A stretch of 62,834 nt of DNA, counting the filler, from Rhabdomonas costata (lineage: Eukaryota), in NCBI GenBank assembly GCA_019059605.1. It is 24 parts of 24 records of this genome, joined end to end, with 100 filler letters (N's around TTAATTAATTAA, not from the genome) between each part and the next. Parts side by side here need not be neighbours in the genome. Positions count along the whole stretch, not along the records: positions 44,592 to 47,118 come from JAHMHO010003014.1; positions 47,219 to 49,740 come from JAHMHO010003015.1; positions 49,841 to 52,362 come from JAHMHO010003016.1; positions 52,463 to 54,969 come from JAHMHO010003017.1; positions 55,070 to 57,590 come from JAHMHO010003018.1; positions 57,691 to 60,212 come from JAHMHO010003019.1; 18 more parts are not named here. One strand, 5' to 3'. This document shows, piece by piece, positions 45,074 through 57,960 of the stretch. Under the pieces are notes generated by a model. It saw only the letters and a list, made by a program, of their open reading frames with translations, did no database searches and had not been told where the DNA came from. The translations under genes and the position numbers were made by a program. Every line of letters begins with the position of its first letter. Within the stretch, counting starts at the first letter, position 1.

Positions 45074-45625
45074 GCGTTAAACCTTTAGCATCACTTAACG
45101 TTTAGCACTGCTAAATGGTCACAAATGTCCAAGCCCCCCTCAGATTAGAATATGTCTGTCTGGCGGTCAGGAACATCGCCCACTCCATGGAACGTCCCAA
45201 CACATCCGCCCGCTCCCCTCCGTGTCGCTTCAAAATTCCTGGGTGCTGTCGAAACCCTCCGCTGCGTGGGGCAAGACGCGGCACAAAAGGGATACCAGAG
45301 AGCCGCCCAAGGCACCACAACCGGACGAGGGTGAAAAGTCAGAAAATTCTGTCTCCAAGGACCGGCCACGCAGCGTTTCGGGAGGCCTGTTGTATATACG
45401 AAAGACCCCAGGCCTTCTTCGGCTTAGCCCTCTTCCTCCTTGTTCAATGTCCCCTTTCATTGCGCTGCTTTCGGTTGCCAGCAGCTCAATGATATGTCTT
45501 CAGTACATCTCTGACCTACATTATTTTTCCTGTGATCAAAATTCCTTTTGTATTGCTAACCCGTGGGAACCGTTCATCGCCCTTGCGTCTGACCAAAACG
45601 TTTTGCACTGCTAAATGTTTAACGC
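45074..45625. mobile_element. MITE-like element with 17-bp terminal inverted repeats
   Basis: GCGTTAAACCTTTAGCA (45074-45090) matches the reverse complement of 45609-45625 at 16/17. A 21-nt direct repeat lies at 45097 and 45597. Confidence 0.6.
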
Positions 45626-45858
45626 TCCCCCCCCCCGCACACACAAACAATAACAATTGTCCCCCTGCATTGAGACACTTTTAAGTCTTTTGCAGTTTTA
45701 ACTTTACCTATAGGCTCATCTGTATAATAATTAACTTGTTTTGCTGTTTTTTTCTTCATAAATATCCCTCCCCTTTCTCCACTATCCTACTCCAATAATC
45801 CTAATCATCTTTTATACGTAAATCGTACCGTCATAACCAAATCGTTAACTATTCCCAG

Positions 45859-47073
45859 GCTCTTTTTTATGGCAGCGATGGAGTGCTGGAGGTCGTCGTG
45901 CAGAGCACGGGGTCGATCAGCTCCCAGTTCTCTGCGAGTGTGGGGAACTGCACTGCCGCGGTGGCGCCTGTTCTAGAGCAGCAGGCCACTTTGAGTGCTG
46001 GAGCGGTGCAAGCATTCCGGTTCTCCGTGCACGTAGAGTCCAAGGTGAGATGCTTTTCTCAGGAGTGTGAGCACTGTTCGTGTTGTGAATGTGATTGGCT
46101 GTGATTGGCTGCCGAGCGATCGGAGACAGCAGCTTTTTCGCCTTCGTCCGTGTTAATGTGATTTATGTGGCTTTAGTGCCATGTACAATACCTCCCACAA
46201 TAGTCTGTTGCATTTTTTCTTGAACTTGGGTGGGGTGGTCTTAGTTTGGAACAATGACATTTACGAGCCAAAAACAACCAAACAAAAGCAAGCATTGCAG
46301 AACCGCTGCGTGGTGGTGCTGAAGAACGGTCTGGGCGTGGTGGTTGACTCCAAGGCAATTTCCTTCCAGACCACAGCCACTGCGACTACTACGGGAAACC
46401 AGGTAGGGTGGAACCCATGAGATTCATTGGAAATCCTTTTGGTTGGTGCCCTTGTTCGTGTCCTCGAGTCGTCATCGTTTCATTAAAGAGTTGGAACAGC
46501 AATACCCCAAACCTCCTTTGCTTGTTTCTTCCCCTGCGTCCTCCATCCTGTCCCTCCCATTGTTTTAACTCTTAATGAACAGGGCTCCGGAATGCAGTAG
46601 TTTTGAAAATGCGAAGGCTGTGGCACAGACCCATGTGTGGAAACTCATGGGCCACAGTGTCCGACTTTTTACCGGTACTACGAAGCGCTTGCGGATTAAC
46701 ACTTTGACTGGTAGCGTAATCGCGATGGGTGCACTCATCTGCTCTCTCTTACTCCGCTCTCTCTCTCTCTCTCTCTCTCTCTCGAATAATTCACTTGAAA
46801 GTCGTTGAGTTTCACTCCCCAATTTTGAACGATGTGTCTTGCGCTGTAGTCATTTCAATCGCCACTTTTGCTTCCCACAATCGTTCTCAGGGCAGCTCTT
46901 CTGGCACATCTGTGATTTCGGGCAGCGGAGGCTCCTCTATTTCCACGTCGGGGTGCTCGGGGTGCGCATTCTGGAATCCCGTGTGCATGATCCTGCAGCA
47001 ATGCTATGGCCTTTTCGTGGCCCAGCTGGTGGTGGTGGTCGTCGTCCCCGTTGTTCTGCTGATTCTCTTGAGG
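45859..47073 (+). CDS. HAP2: HAP2/GCS1 gamete fusogen, domain III, stem and TM (partial)
   Basis: Exons 45859-46044, ~46289/46301-46402 and 46891-47073: GVLEVVVQSTGSISSQFSASVGNCTAAVAPV..Q..LS....FRF; CVVVLKNGLG..VD....FQTTAT....GNQ; C..C..WNPVC....C followed by a TM helix. Confidence 0.8.
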
Positions 47074-48739
47074 GTATTCCTTCTCTCATCTATCAACCGC
47101 GTATCCCCCCACCCCCACNNNNNNNNNNNNNNNNNNNNNNNNNNNNNNNNNNNNNNNNNNNNTTAATTAATTAANNNNNNNNNNNNNNNNNNNNNNNNNN
47201 NNNNNNNNNNNNNNNNNNTGGGTGGGCCCAAAGTGCCACAAAACTCCGCAATGACTGGGGAGTTGGCCCAGGTGCGGCAGAACATCCTGGGAGCGGTGCG
47301 CCAGGCCCACCCCTTGGGCGGGGGGTATGAGTGCTGCTATGTGATGCCGTGCGGGTCTCTCTTTGCATTTGCGTGTGTGTGTGTGTGTGTGTTCATTGGC
47401 GGGAGATCCGTCACTTCTCTTCCGTTCTCGTTCCAGCCTGCAGCCTGCTGCCTTTTCCTTGACTCAACGGTCGAGTTGCGTGAGGGGGCAGGGGCACATC
47501 TTCATTGCCTTTCACTGTGGACGCACTTTCATTTGTGTAGGGCCTCCACACGTCACGAGCGCTGCGGTGTCATCCAAACCCCGCGGATTACTTTTTTATA
47601 TTCCTAACCGGGTGAACCTCGGTGAAGATATATTGATAACTGAACTTCATGTCGCGGCACTATGCAGCGTTGAAATGCGGTAAAGCGCGCTGTGCTAGAG
47701 AAACGAACCACCTATAAACATGGAAAGCGAGCCGAAAGGACATGAAAAGATATGAAGAAAGTGATCGAGGCGAGTGAATGGGAAAGGTGAAAGACAGGCA
47801 TGGAATGCACACACGATTAACTGCATAGGAGGGCTCGTAAAATGTGAGACAGTGGAATGGCGGGAGATGGACGTGGGAATGGGAACTGCATTGCGATTGC
47901 GAAGTGGTTTCAGCACCTTCGATGTGTTGACGGGCAGAGTAGCACTGCGCAGCCTGTGCACTTTTGGAAGTGAGACGTGCATCATACAGCAACAATGAAA
48001 GACTTTCCCCAATACCAGCGCTACCGGCTAGTCTCGACGAGTTGCTCAAAAACGTGGCATGGGGTTTTTCCTAGTTTCACTGTCTCGTTTTCTCCATTGT
48101 TGGTTGGTGATGCTATTTCTGTTCTGAGAATGCCCGGCTGTCACACACTCCATCGCTCCAGAAAGCATGACGTTCGCTTCGTGAGACGGCTGCTTGTGTA
48201 GAAGAACGAATCCGCTTAATTTCCCATGTTTGCCGTTGACCCGCGGAAAGGGTGCACTTGACCTTAGGTGTGTGTGGCGTTTACCATCACCAGTGCAGGT
48301 GCAGGTGGTGACATTGTCGTGGCCTATTGGACAAACCAATTGAAACTATTGAAACTAGTACCCCCCTCTCCCTTCAGGCCAATTTTCTCTTTAACTGTGA
48401 GCTCTACAGCTCTGCGTTACTGGCCTCCACTACCAAATTTAGCACCACTCGTCCGCCAAAGTTGTCTTTTTGTCGCTCCCCCCCCTCCTCAAGTTAAGTT
48501 CATATGAGAAAAGGTCATCAAACTTGTACGATTCACCTAACCTGCTTAATATGGCCAGCAACACTAATATGGCCAATGTATAAATGTATTACCATCTGGA
48601 CTGCGCCGACACAGTTTCTCGTTTCCAGTTGAAATAACAACGTACTGCTATCACTGGGGGCGCTATCACCCCCACCCCTGCCATTGACTTTCCCTGACGT
48701 GACGGATTGTTGTGCCGTGGGAGGCTTGTTATTTTTCAG

Positions 48740-49580
48740 GGAGCCCACGGAAGCGCAGGGTAGTCCACCGCCTGTGGAGCTGCGGGCGGACGCCGTGGTA
48801 CTCACCACTGGGGGCTTCGCAGCAAGCAGGGACCTCCTGCGCCGCCACGCCCCCGCCGCCGCGGAGCTTCCCACCACCAACGGGCCCTGGGCCCAGGGCG
48901 AGGGCGTCTCTGGCTACCGCGGTGGGCGCTGCCGTGGTTGACATGGAGAAGGTCGGAAGTGAAGGCGCTCTCTACTGGACTCCTAAAAACGGACATCATT
49001 TCAGAAACTGTCCCCAGATGAATAGATGAGGACAGGCCATTTGTCTGAGTTTGTTTCTTAGCCCTTCTCATGTCCGATTTCGTTTTTTCTCTCCTTAAAC
49101 AGAAAACGCTAGTTTTTCGCCCATTCCCAGCGTTTTTGTTGTGTTGTTAACTCAGCCCCACCTCTGTCATCTGCATGCCGTGTTCTGCAAAAGTGCTTTG
49201 GACCTGGGCATTCTGTGCTGTTCCATTTCCTTTTTTCATCATTCGTCAGTTGCAATCCCAATAAGGTTCAAGCATCTTCGGAGTGAACCTCTACCCCCAT
49301 TCACAGTTTTACCGCGGGATTATCACTTTGCACTTGTACTAAGCAAGGTTTGGTCTCCTCTTGCCCTCAAGAAACTCGAAACAAAAGAATTCCAGCATGC
49401 CCTCCCCTTTCTCCCCGTGCTGGCATGCAGGTGCAGGTTCACCCCACAGGCTTCATCGACGCTTCGCGCCGCACTGCGCCCTCCAAGCTTCTTTGTGGGG
49501 AAGCGGTCCGCGGGGCTGGGGCCCTTCTGGTGAACTCCTCTGGGCTGCGGTTTGTCAACGAGCTGGCCACCCGAGCCACG
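48740..49580 (+). CDS. FAD-dependent fumarate reductase (Osm1/FRD type), partial, apparent frameshift near 48909
   Basis: ADAVVLTTGGF, LPTTNG..AQGEG, GA.VVDMEK|VQVHPTGFID, GEAVRGAGALLVN..G.RFVNELATR. Confidence 0.92.
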
Positions 49581-52156
49581 GTCCCTCGAGTGCTCTTGCA
49601 GATGTTTTACTCGCCTGTGTTGACATACGTTTCTTGGTGTTAGTTGACATGCTTCAAGTCGTCACATTGGCCACTTACTGGAATGGAACTCGCGTTCTTA
49701 AACGGCCTGTCAGCAATGTGTGTCCGTGTTTGTCTATGTANNNNNNNNNNNNNNNNNNNNNNNNNNNNNNNNNNNNNNNNNNNNTTAATTAATTAANNNN
49801 NNNNNNNNNNNNNNNNNNNNNNNNNNNNNNNNNNNNNNNNGGGTGGTGGTTAGGCGCGGCACATGGCCCCGGAGACAAGTAAGAAGATCTTTTTTGGGGT
49901 TAAGTGTGGATGCGCGCGCGGGGAATACAGATTCTATGTACCTTTTAGGGCCTTCGTACCTTCATACATCATGCCGCCATCCGGTACGCTTGGCATTGGT
50001 AACGTCATCTTTCTTAACTCCTACTTTCCCTTCTCTCACGACTTCGGTTCCATCAGTGTTCCAACTTCTTGCCCGTATTTGATTAGAAAGATTATTCTTT
50101 CATTGATAAGAATGAACCAAAGAACAGTCCCAACCGCGCGAAAACAAGCAAACAAAGGAAACAAGCAAAAGGGAGGTTGACAGCCACAAGAAACCTGCAC
50201 CTTTCGCGGTCATTTTCTCCTCCTTTTGATCCTTTTGGTCCGCAAAATACACCGAAAAACGTGGGACACCCAAATCGCCAACGGATTTTCCAGCCTGGGA
50301 AACCTTGGGTTCCTAAAATACACCAAAACCGGGGAGGGCCCCAAAATACCCTTCATAGGGGGGACCCCATCACACACTTGATGCGCGCGGGCCGGGTCCC
50401 CATAATTATCATTCCACAAAACATTAATTTGGATCGATTTTTCACCGAGATGATCATATCCGGAGCTTTTCCTCGGTCTTCCGTTGTTCAAAAAAGCATC
50501 TTAAAAATGCAACGGTGGAAACACCGTGCGAAATGCGATTATTCGGTCTTGCCTATGATGACGAGGCGTCCAATAACATTGAAGGCCTTTCGCAATACGC
50601 GGGAATGCACCGAAACATAAAACATAACTCAGGAAACACAAAACTGCTGACATAGGAAGCGGCACGGCAGCACAAAAGGGACTTTGCAACGGAAAAAGAC
50701 CACGCACGTCTAAATTCACTTTGGTTCAGCTAGTTCATCTTCCAATTTGCGGAGCGCGGAAAAACATTGCAAAAGTAGCGGGATGAAACCCAACAACCCG
50801 CAACCCTAGGTCAGTTCCTGACTTCTTTGCCGTAACAAACGGAGGTGGGTGCGAACAGGAAGGCCACAGCAGAAGGGGTTGTCTTCGAAAGGTTTGGAAT
50901 TGCCCAGTTCATAACACCGGCTATGGGGTTTTGGAATTGGCGTCTTTCAGCAAACCGACTTGGTAGCCCGTCCCCAGCCTGGAAATCGCGTGGTGGGAGC
51001 AATTGGGAGCAATTGTCAACACATTCACGGCGGGAATAAGAAGAAAACAGCTGAGGAACGTAGAACCTTCACCAAAAACTGGGCCTAGATGGGAATCCTG
51101 GCCTGCCATTAAATAGAAGCAAAGAAAGCTGCCGCCACCGCCGTAGCCACATGGAGTGTACGGCCCACAGGTCACACCAAACGTGGCCAAGAGGAAATCA
51201 CACATACACGCACAGAGCACATACCCACAGGAATGGACACACGGCGGCACGCAGACAGGGGTGAGAGTAAGGTACACACAGAGGCAGCAAAACATATTCA
51301 TGCCTCACCATCATACGCTCGCTTTCCGGAAGAAAGGGCTCATACAGCTCACAATGGGCCCACCTGGAAATCCCACGTCTGAAAGTGTTCATTGCAGAGC
51401 GCAGAGGTGAGAAAAACTCGCAGTGAAACATAAAGAACACAACGGCCCAACAACCCATGCCGACGGTGTAAACGGGAAACCAGAAAAGGGTGGTTGGAGA
51501 ATGAGGAGGATGGAAGGGGGGAAGAGGAAAGTCTCACGCATAGAAGAAACAGAGGCACAAGCTTTGGAATGCGCCAGGACCACCGCACGCCCTTCCTTTG
51601 CTTTACTGCTGGGTGTAGTTGTCGATCTTGTCCAGAAAGGTAGAAGCATAGTCGGGAGAGTAGTACTGCGTGCGCGTGCGTCTCCGTGTGCGCGTGCATG
51701 CACAGAGCGCTATGATGCAAAGGCTGTGCGTCAATGTGTAAAGGTGAAGTGCCAAGCAAGAAAATATACAAATGCGGTTAAGTAACAGCTGTGATTGTTA
51801 TGGCATGCATAGGATGAGTGGGAGCTTCCGTTCACAAACGTAAGCGCTCAGTTCTTCGCTCAGTCTGACATTCTGTTCAGCTTTTGGCCATATGCCCATA
51901 GGCAGTCTATGAGCCTTACACCTTACACTGACCTTGCCTTGAGTTGTTTTTTGCGCCCAACACTTTGTGTGCCTTTGTGTTTTAAGTCTGACTGTGGGTG
52001 CCAGCAGAAATCTCGATACTTGAGTGCGCATCGCGATTGCTGTGGCGCTCTTGCATTGACACAGAGCGGTTCCCTCAATTTCCCTCTGTCTAGCCTAGCT
52101 CACACAACCACCATTGTCTGCCCACCCCGCGTCATGTCCTTGAGAGGTCCGGGTGC

Positions 52157-52356
52157 GGGGCCTTGTAACGTAACTATGATCAGCCGCTAAAAGATGACTA
52201 TAGCCTGTGGGGATAAGAGGGATCCCAATAGCCCCCTCCTACCCGGGAGAGGTACAAAATTGGGGGAGGGTCCCGAGACCGAGGCTGGGGTCCCTCTTAT
52301 CCCCACAGGCTATAGTCATCTTTTAGCGGCTGATCATAGTTACGTTACAAGGCCCC
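52157..52356. mobile_element. 200-bp fold-back / MITE with perfect 66-bp inverted repeats
   Basis: 52157-52222 is the exact reverse complement of 52291-52356. Confidence 0.8.
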
Positions 52357-53296
52357 ACACACNNNNNNNNNNNNNNNNNNNNNNNNNNNNNNNNNNNNNN
52401 NNNNNNTTAATTAATTAANNNNNNNNNNNNNNNNNNNNNNNNNNNNNNNNNNNNNNNNNNNNGGTTGGTGGTGGCGTGGTCATTTTGTTCCAAAGTAATA
52501 CACCGTATTGGACAAAATCTTAGTAAACGCGGTTCGACACCAGTGAGAAATGCTGGTGGTGGTGGTTGCTTTAAGACGGCTGAATGAAACACTTTCCTTT
52601 AGAGTTTCGAATACTTTCAAAAACACACACTTTTGACAGGAAAGGCGCGTTATCATACCAGTGTCCTATAACTACATTTGTTAATGGTGAAGTTCTTTTT
52701 GCCGTTCTGGTGAGGACTGAAACAGTTAAAATTCTCTGCATTGCTATGTGCTGGAACCTGCGCACATGGGAAGAATAGCGCTCCAGATGCTGTCAGCAAG
52801 CAAGCAAGCCTGTCCGTCGGGTTGACGCGAAGCGCTTGCATTGCAAAATGGCACTCCGACTGAGCTGAGGGGCTAACGGGGTTCAGTTTTGGGGTACCAC
52901 ATCACAGTGAGAAAAAGGTCGCGTCTGAAGACACGAAGGCGAAGCCCCACACAAAGGTGGAACTGCCGAAGTGCGGGAGCAACGGGGAATTCAAGCACAC
53001 AAAATATATCTTGGGGCCTAGCATTGAAGGCCGAACCCAGGCACCGGCACCGGTACAGGAACAGTAAACCCGGAAGGCCTGAGCACCAGAGCACATAGAT
53101 TTGGCGATGTCCAGTACTCAAAGAAAAGAACAAATAAAGGCGGGAGAAAGTTACGGTGCGACCGGTCCAGAAGGATGTCAGCACACTAGCACAGTGGCAC
53201 CATGTGCTGGGAACGAATACACATCCTTCAGCCAATTCACTTGTGTCACTGCAGTTGTTGGTTGCTTCTCCTTGCCTCCTGCTGCTTTCCTTTCAG

Positions 53297-54648
53297 GGGC
53301 AAGGCTATGACGAGATGAACACTTTGGCTCGCCACGCGTTGGTGGAAAATATTCTGACCCACAAGACATTGCTGACCTATGGGCTGTTCTTTCCTCCGGA
53401 TGGTATTTTCACCTTTCACATTCGGCTTCCCCTATCTTCTCTCTTGGAAACTGGTTGTAGACTTCTGGAAACATTATTCATGATTTGGTTTTTGTTGTGC
53501 CCTGCTCAATGCCAATGAGATCAACCCGTGTGCGGGATGGTTGCAGCTGTGCCGGATTCTAAAGAAGCTGCAGGAGGTTTGATTGTGGATGGTTTCTCGG
53601 TTGCAAGGCTGCTAAGTGCTGCAGGTTTGAAGCACTATGTTGAGTGTGTGATTTTGCTTTATTAGGAACACCCTTTCCGAAGATGATGGTGAGTGTCGGA
53701 TCGGTGATCTACGGCAGTGATGGGGAGCCCATGGCCACTCTGGCGATGGGTTACCTTGCGAGTGACATCTCCAACCTGTTAAGCTCGGCGGTCTCTGTCT
53801 TAGGCAGTGGTATTGTGCGGGCCGCCGTTTTTCGAACATTCATTCAACTTTATTAACGTTATTGCGAATCTGCTTTTCGTCCATCCTTGGTACGGGTTTT
53901 TGTTCGGTTTTGGAGTTGATGTGTATGAGACTGCCAGGCTCAAGCACGTCGTGCTACCAAACCCACCACGCAAGGCACCATTTTTCGGAAGGTGTCGTCT
54001 TCTGGCTCCCACGACAATTCCACATCCGCTGTAATGCCAGGGGCTTGCGCACAGTGCTGCCTTCTGCCTTCTGCGCGCGGCGTGTTGCCATCGGTGCAAG
54101 CGGACATTGCAGCTGGGTAGTTGGCTAACCACTGAAAATCGGCGAGAACCGAGGAAAAAGAAACAAGCCAATTACTGCTTGCGTTAGCACAACAGGAAGT
54201 CTTGAAACCACTCGGTGGAGGTCTTACTTGGGCTGCCCTCAAAAACACAGCCCTCACATCACGCGCCGTTTCAGCCTGGCGGGGTGGGGCATTTCCAATG
54301 CCCTGTGCAGAAGTGTGTCTGGGATGAACAGGAGCTGTTTCGGGGAACCTTCGGCGGAGAAGGACTTAAATGCGGTGAAGCCACCTAAAGCCCTCAAAGC
54401 CCGTCAGAGAACCCCGAAACGTTTTGCTTTTGATGGAATTTGGAAGATGGCCGGAAGTAAATAAAGCAATGTTAGCTTGAAGGCCCACATCAACATCTTT
54501 AATAACTGGGTATTTGCTTTGAAAGCAACTGCTTCTCTGAAATAAAAAGGAAAGTGGGCCGTTGTCTCCGCAAACGGCTCGCTGCTCGCGGCATCGGTGA
54601 ACACCGCGCAATTCCCCTTCGGCGTGTATGATTCGCTGTACTCCACGT
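53297..54648 (+). CDS. Exons of a probable extracellular sensor-domain (Cache-like) protein
   Basis: In-frame exons TYGLFFPPDG|TPFPKMMVSVGSVIYGSDGEPMATLAMGYL and KWAVVSANGSLLAAS. The Cache resemblance is tentative. Confidence 0.45.
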
Positions 54649-55279
54649 GGTTTGGAGTGTGGGAGCTCACGGTGTGCTTGCGGATACACATTTTGGAATT
54701 TATGTTTGCTTTGAGTATGTCATGAGAGTGCGTGATATGGAGCGGGTTGGGGACCATATTGGATGGAGTAAAAGCACTGATGAAATTAGGTAGGAATTAT
54801 CTTGTTTGCTTGCGTTCACATTTGCCTTTCGCTCATTGTGGGGTCCTCCTGTTTACTTCACGCATTTCACTTTAGGGTGTTCCGATGATCTCGGAAGGAG
54901 GCCGCAAGCTGATGGTGGCATACAACTACAATCTGAACTCGCTCACTGCCACCCGAACCACCCAAAACANNNNNNNNNNNNNNNNNNNNNNNNNNNNNNN
55001 NNNNNNNNNNNNNTTAATTAATTAANNNNNNNNNNNNNNNNNNNNNNNNNNNNNNNNNNNNNNNNNNNNGGTGTGGGGGGGTGAGCGTGCTTTCTGCCCA
55101 TAGGTAACCAACTGTGTGAGTCTGTGTGCGCGCAGGCGTGAGTCCGGTGCATTTGGGGTCTAAACCCTAACCTACATACCCAGCCGCGTAGCAGCCACCC
55201 TGCTCTTTTGCGCTTTGCGCAAAATAAGGGCAGAAAAATACCCAACACTATCCTCGGTCCTCTAAAAAAAAGCACGCAC

Positions 55280-57590
55280 TGTTGGTCCAACGAGCGCCCT
55301 GAGACAGAGTCCGAAGGGGCGCTGTCGTCAGTGCAGAAGTAGCACCCCAAAAAACGACCTGAAGTGGTAGGCGGTTGCGCGGTGGGGCGAGGACCGATAC
55401 AGCAAAAAAATGAAAGTGTGACGAGGTGAAAAGGGAAGGCTGCTGTGGACTAACTGCGATGACTTACTGCTGCGGGCTGCTTCTGCCGCACCGCTGCCTC
55501 GCCCGAGAATCACGGAAGGGGTTTCACCTTTGGGCTGATGGGCCCTTAGCGTCTCAGCGGGACAAAAGAGATCGAGCGAATACGGGAATGCAGTGAGGTG
55601 AGCGTGAAGTCTGTCATGATTTTCTCCTTGAAAACTCGGAGGGGTGTAATTTTTTGGGGAGGGGCAGTGCAACAGGAGTCAACTGGCCTCAGCACAAACC
55701 TCAGCAACCCAAGTTCGGCGTTCTATTTGTTCTGCGAACAAAACGCAGCACATTCAATGTCCCTTTTTCTTTTTGCAAGAGAGGTGCTTATTTATTTATG
55801 TGGTCTCGCAAACCACACAGTCCCCTTGCCACAACGAGAAATCCACCCTTCTCTGATTATGGTGGCTTCACTGCTGCACATACTGCCGCAAGAATCCTCC
55901 ATCCCGTGCCTCATCACGGTGTACCTGTGCACACGCGCGTAACAAGAGGCCCCCTGGTAACCAAGCAGGTTGCCCAATCATGCCATTGCACACAAAATGG
56001 AGCATAGTTTTTTTTAAAAAAGAAATGAATGGTGTTGCAATGAATGTCGCTGTTAGTCAAAAATGATCCACCACACAACATGGTCCCTTTAGAGCGAAAC
56101 TGCACGGCCCAGAGCAATCGTTCAGAAGAAATACCCTCCAAGAATGGCACTGCAGTCGGACTAACGCTAAGTCGTTTCTTGCAGGCCAAAAGAAACCCCC
56201 ACACTTCCTTCCCTTTCCTTCCAAGCACAAACGTGTCAAATCCCACGGCGGCGTTGATCACCAGGCGGTTGTGGGTCGCGGCCAGCAGCGTGGGCAACCA
56301 CCTAACACGTGCAGGAACACAGCACAAAAGCCCTACGGGACAGTGAAGGGGAGCCTATAGCCGAAGCCCTTGCTTGTAGAGCGAGAAGCAGGGATATGGG
56401 TCTGTGGTTCCCTCCACAGCTTCAGCCATTTTTAGACGGGGAGAGGCCCAAATTTACGTTTATGGTGGGAGCAGGATGGCTATTTATGAGGATGAGTGAG
56501 GGTGCCTGGAGGGACGGAGAAAGACGACGAAGAAGAAGAGAGTGGGACAGGGGCAGAACAAGGGGAAGTTTTTCAATCTACGAGTGCTCATATTGTTCTT
56601 TCAAGAAGTTGGTATTTTTTTTGGCCCCCAGCTGTCACCGGAGCGAGCCTCGGAAAAGAAAAAAGCGAAACCTAATTACACCCACTCGTGAATTCAACTG
56701 TTCTCTCTTCTCTCCATACCTACTACCTACCGAGCCCCACCTGCTATCGATCTCAACGATCTCGAAGAACAGCTTTGTCAAGGCAAGAGTGTGGACTGCA
56801 GACAAAGGCGGACTATGCGAAGAGCGGATGGGGGAGGGGGGCGCAGCACTCCCTGCTCCGACCTGCTCTCGCGGCTGTCCGTGAGCAGGAACACCACGTC
56901 TGCGGCCCGCACCAGGTCGGAGAGCAGGGCGACCTGCTCCGACACGGCGGCCACTCGGGAGGGGTCGATGGGGTGGCCTGGCATGGGAATCGTCACGTGG
57001 TGGTGCGAAACCTGTGCCCCCACCTCCACCAGCGGGAAGGAGAACCATTCACAACCGAAAAATGAGTGTCCACCTCCCCACAACCCAGCACATCCACGGG
57101 AGTTAATGAAGTGCAAGGTCTGGGCATGCTGTCGGATGATTTCAATGGAGTACTGAACGCCTTTGGCATATACCAACAATCATGCCTTCCCTTGCAACCC
57201 GGAAGTCCTCTGAAAAGATGAAGCCGCGCTTGAAAAGCCCCAACGGCAGCTGTGCACCAAAGCATTCCGGCTCACTCCGGGGCAAGCATAAAATACTCCT
57301 GGGCTCCAACCTAAGATTTTCAAAGAACAAGCAGACGAGGCCGAATGCTGGAAGGATGCTTTGATACCCCTCAAGAGGACTTCATGCATCAAACAGACTG
57401 CCACCTTGGCCAAGGGGAAGATGGCCATGCAGGCCTCCGCGGCGGCTTGCGCCTTGGGCTTGCGTTCGGCCACCGTATTAAATCCGAACAGACTTTGGCG
57501 AAGAGTATTGCTGTAGGAGACCCCGTCCGCGCTGTCGACGAAGGTGAATTCCGTGATGCCCCACATCAGCAGAGTGCGGGCCACCCACAA
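55280..57590 (-). CDS. ATG7: Autophagy E1-like enzyme ATG7 (partial)
   Basis: [71 protein letters not shown]...RSLDQQ. Confidence 0.95.
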
Positions 57591-57960
57591 NNNNNNNNNN
57601 NNNNNNNNNNNNNNNNNNNNNNNNNNNNNNNNNNTTAATTAATTAANNNNNNNNNNNNNNNNNNNNNNNNNNNNNNNNNNNNNNNNNNNNTTGTTTGGGT
57701 ATTAAAGGAGTCAAAGTATTTGCATGTAAATACAGGTGTTCACAGAAGTTCTGGCGCAGGTTCCAGCAAGGGACACATCCTCAGCCAGCATTCCCTATGA
57801 GAATGCCCTAGTGGCTCACTGTGTGTTGCTCCGTTGGCTGTTCTTTTCAGCTTTATCTTGTGTTCTTGTGCTGTTGTGTGGGTTCCTGGATTTTTTGACC
57901 TAGAGGTGTCATCTTGCGTCTGCGCTTTCCTTGCTGTGTTTTAGCTTGCATTTACGAGGG

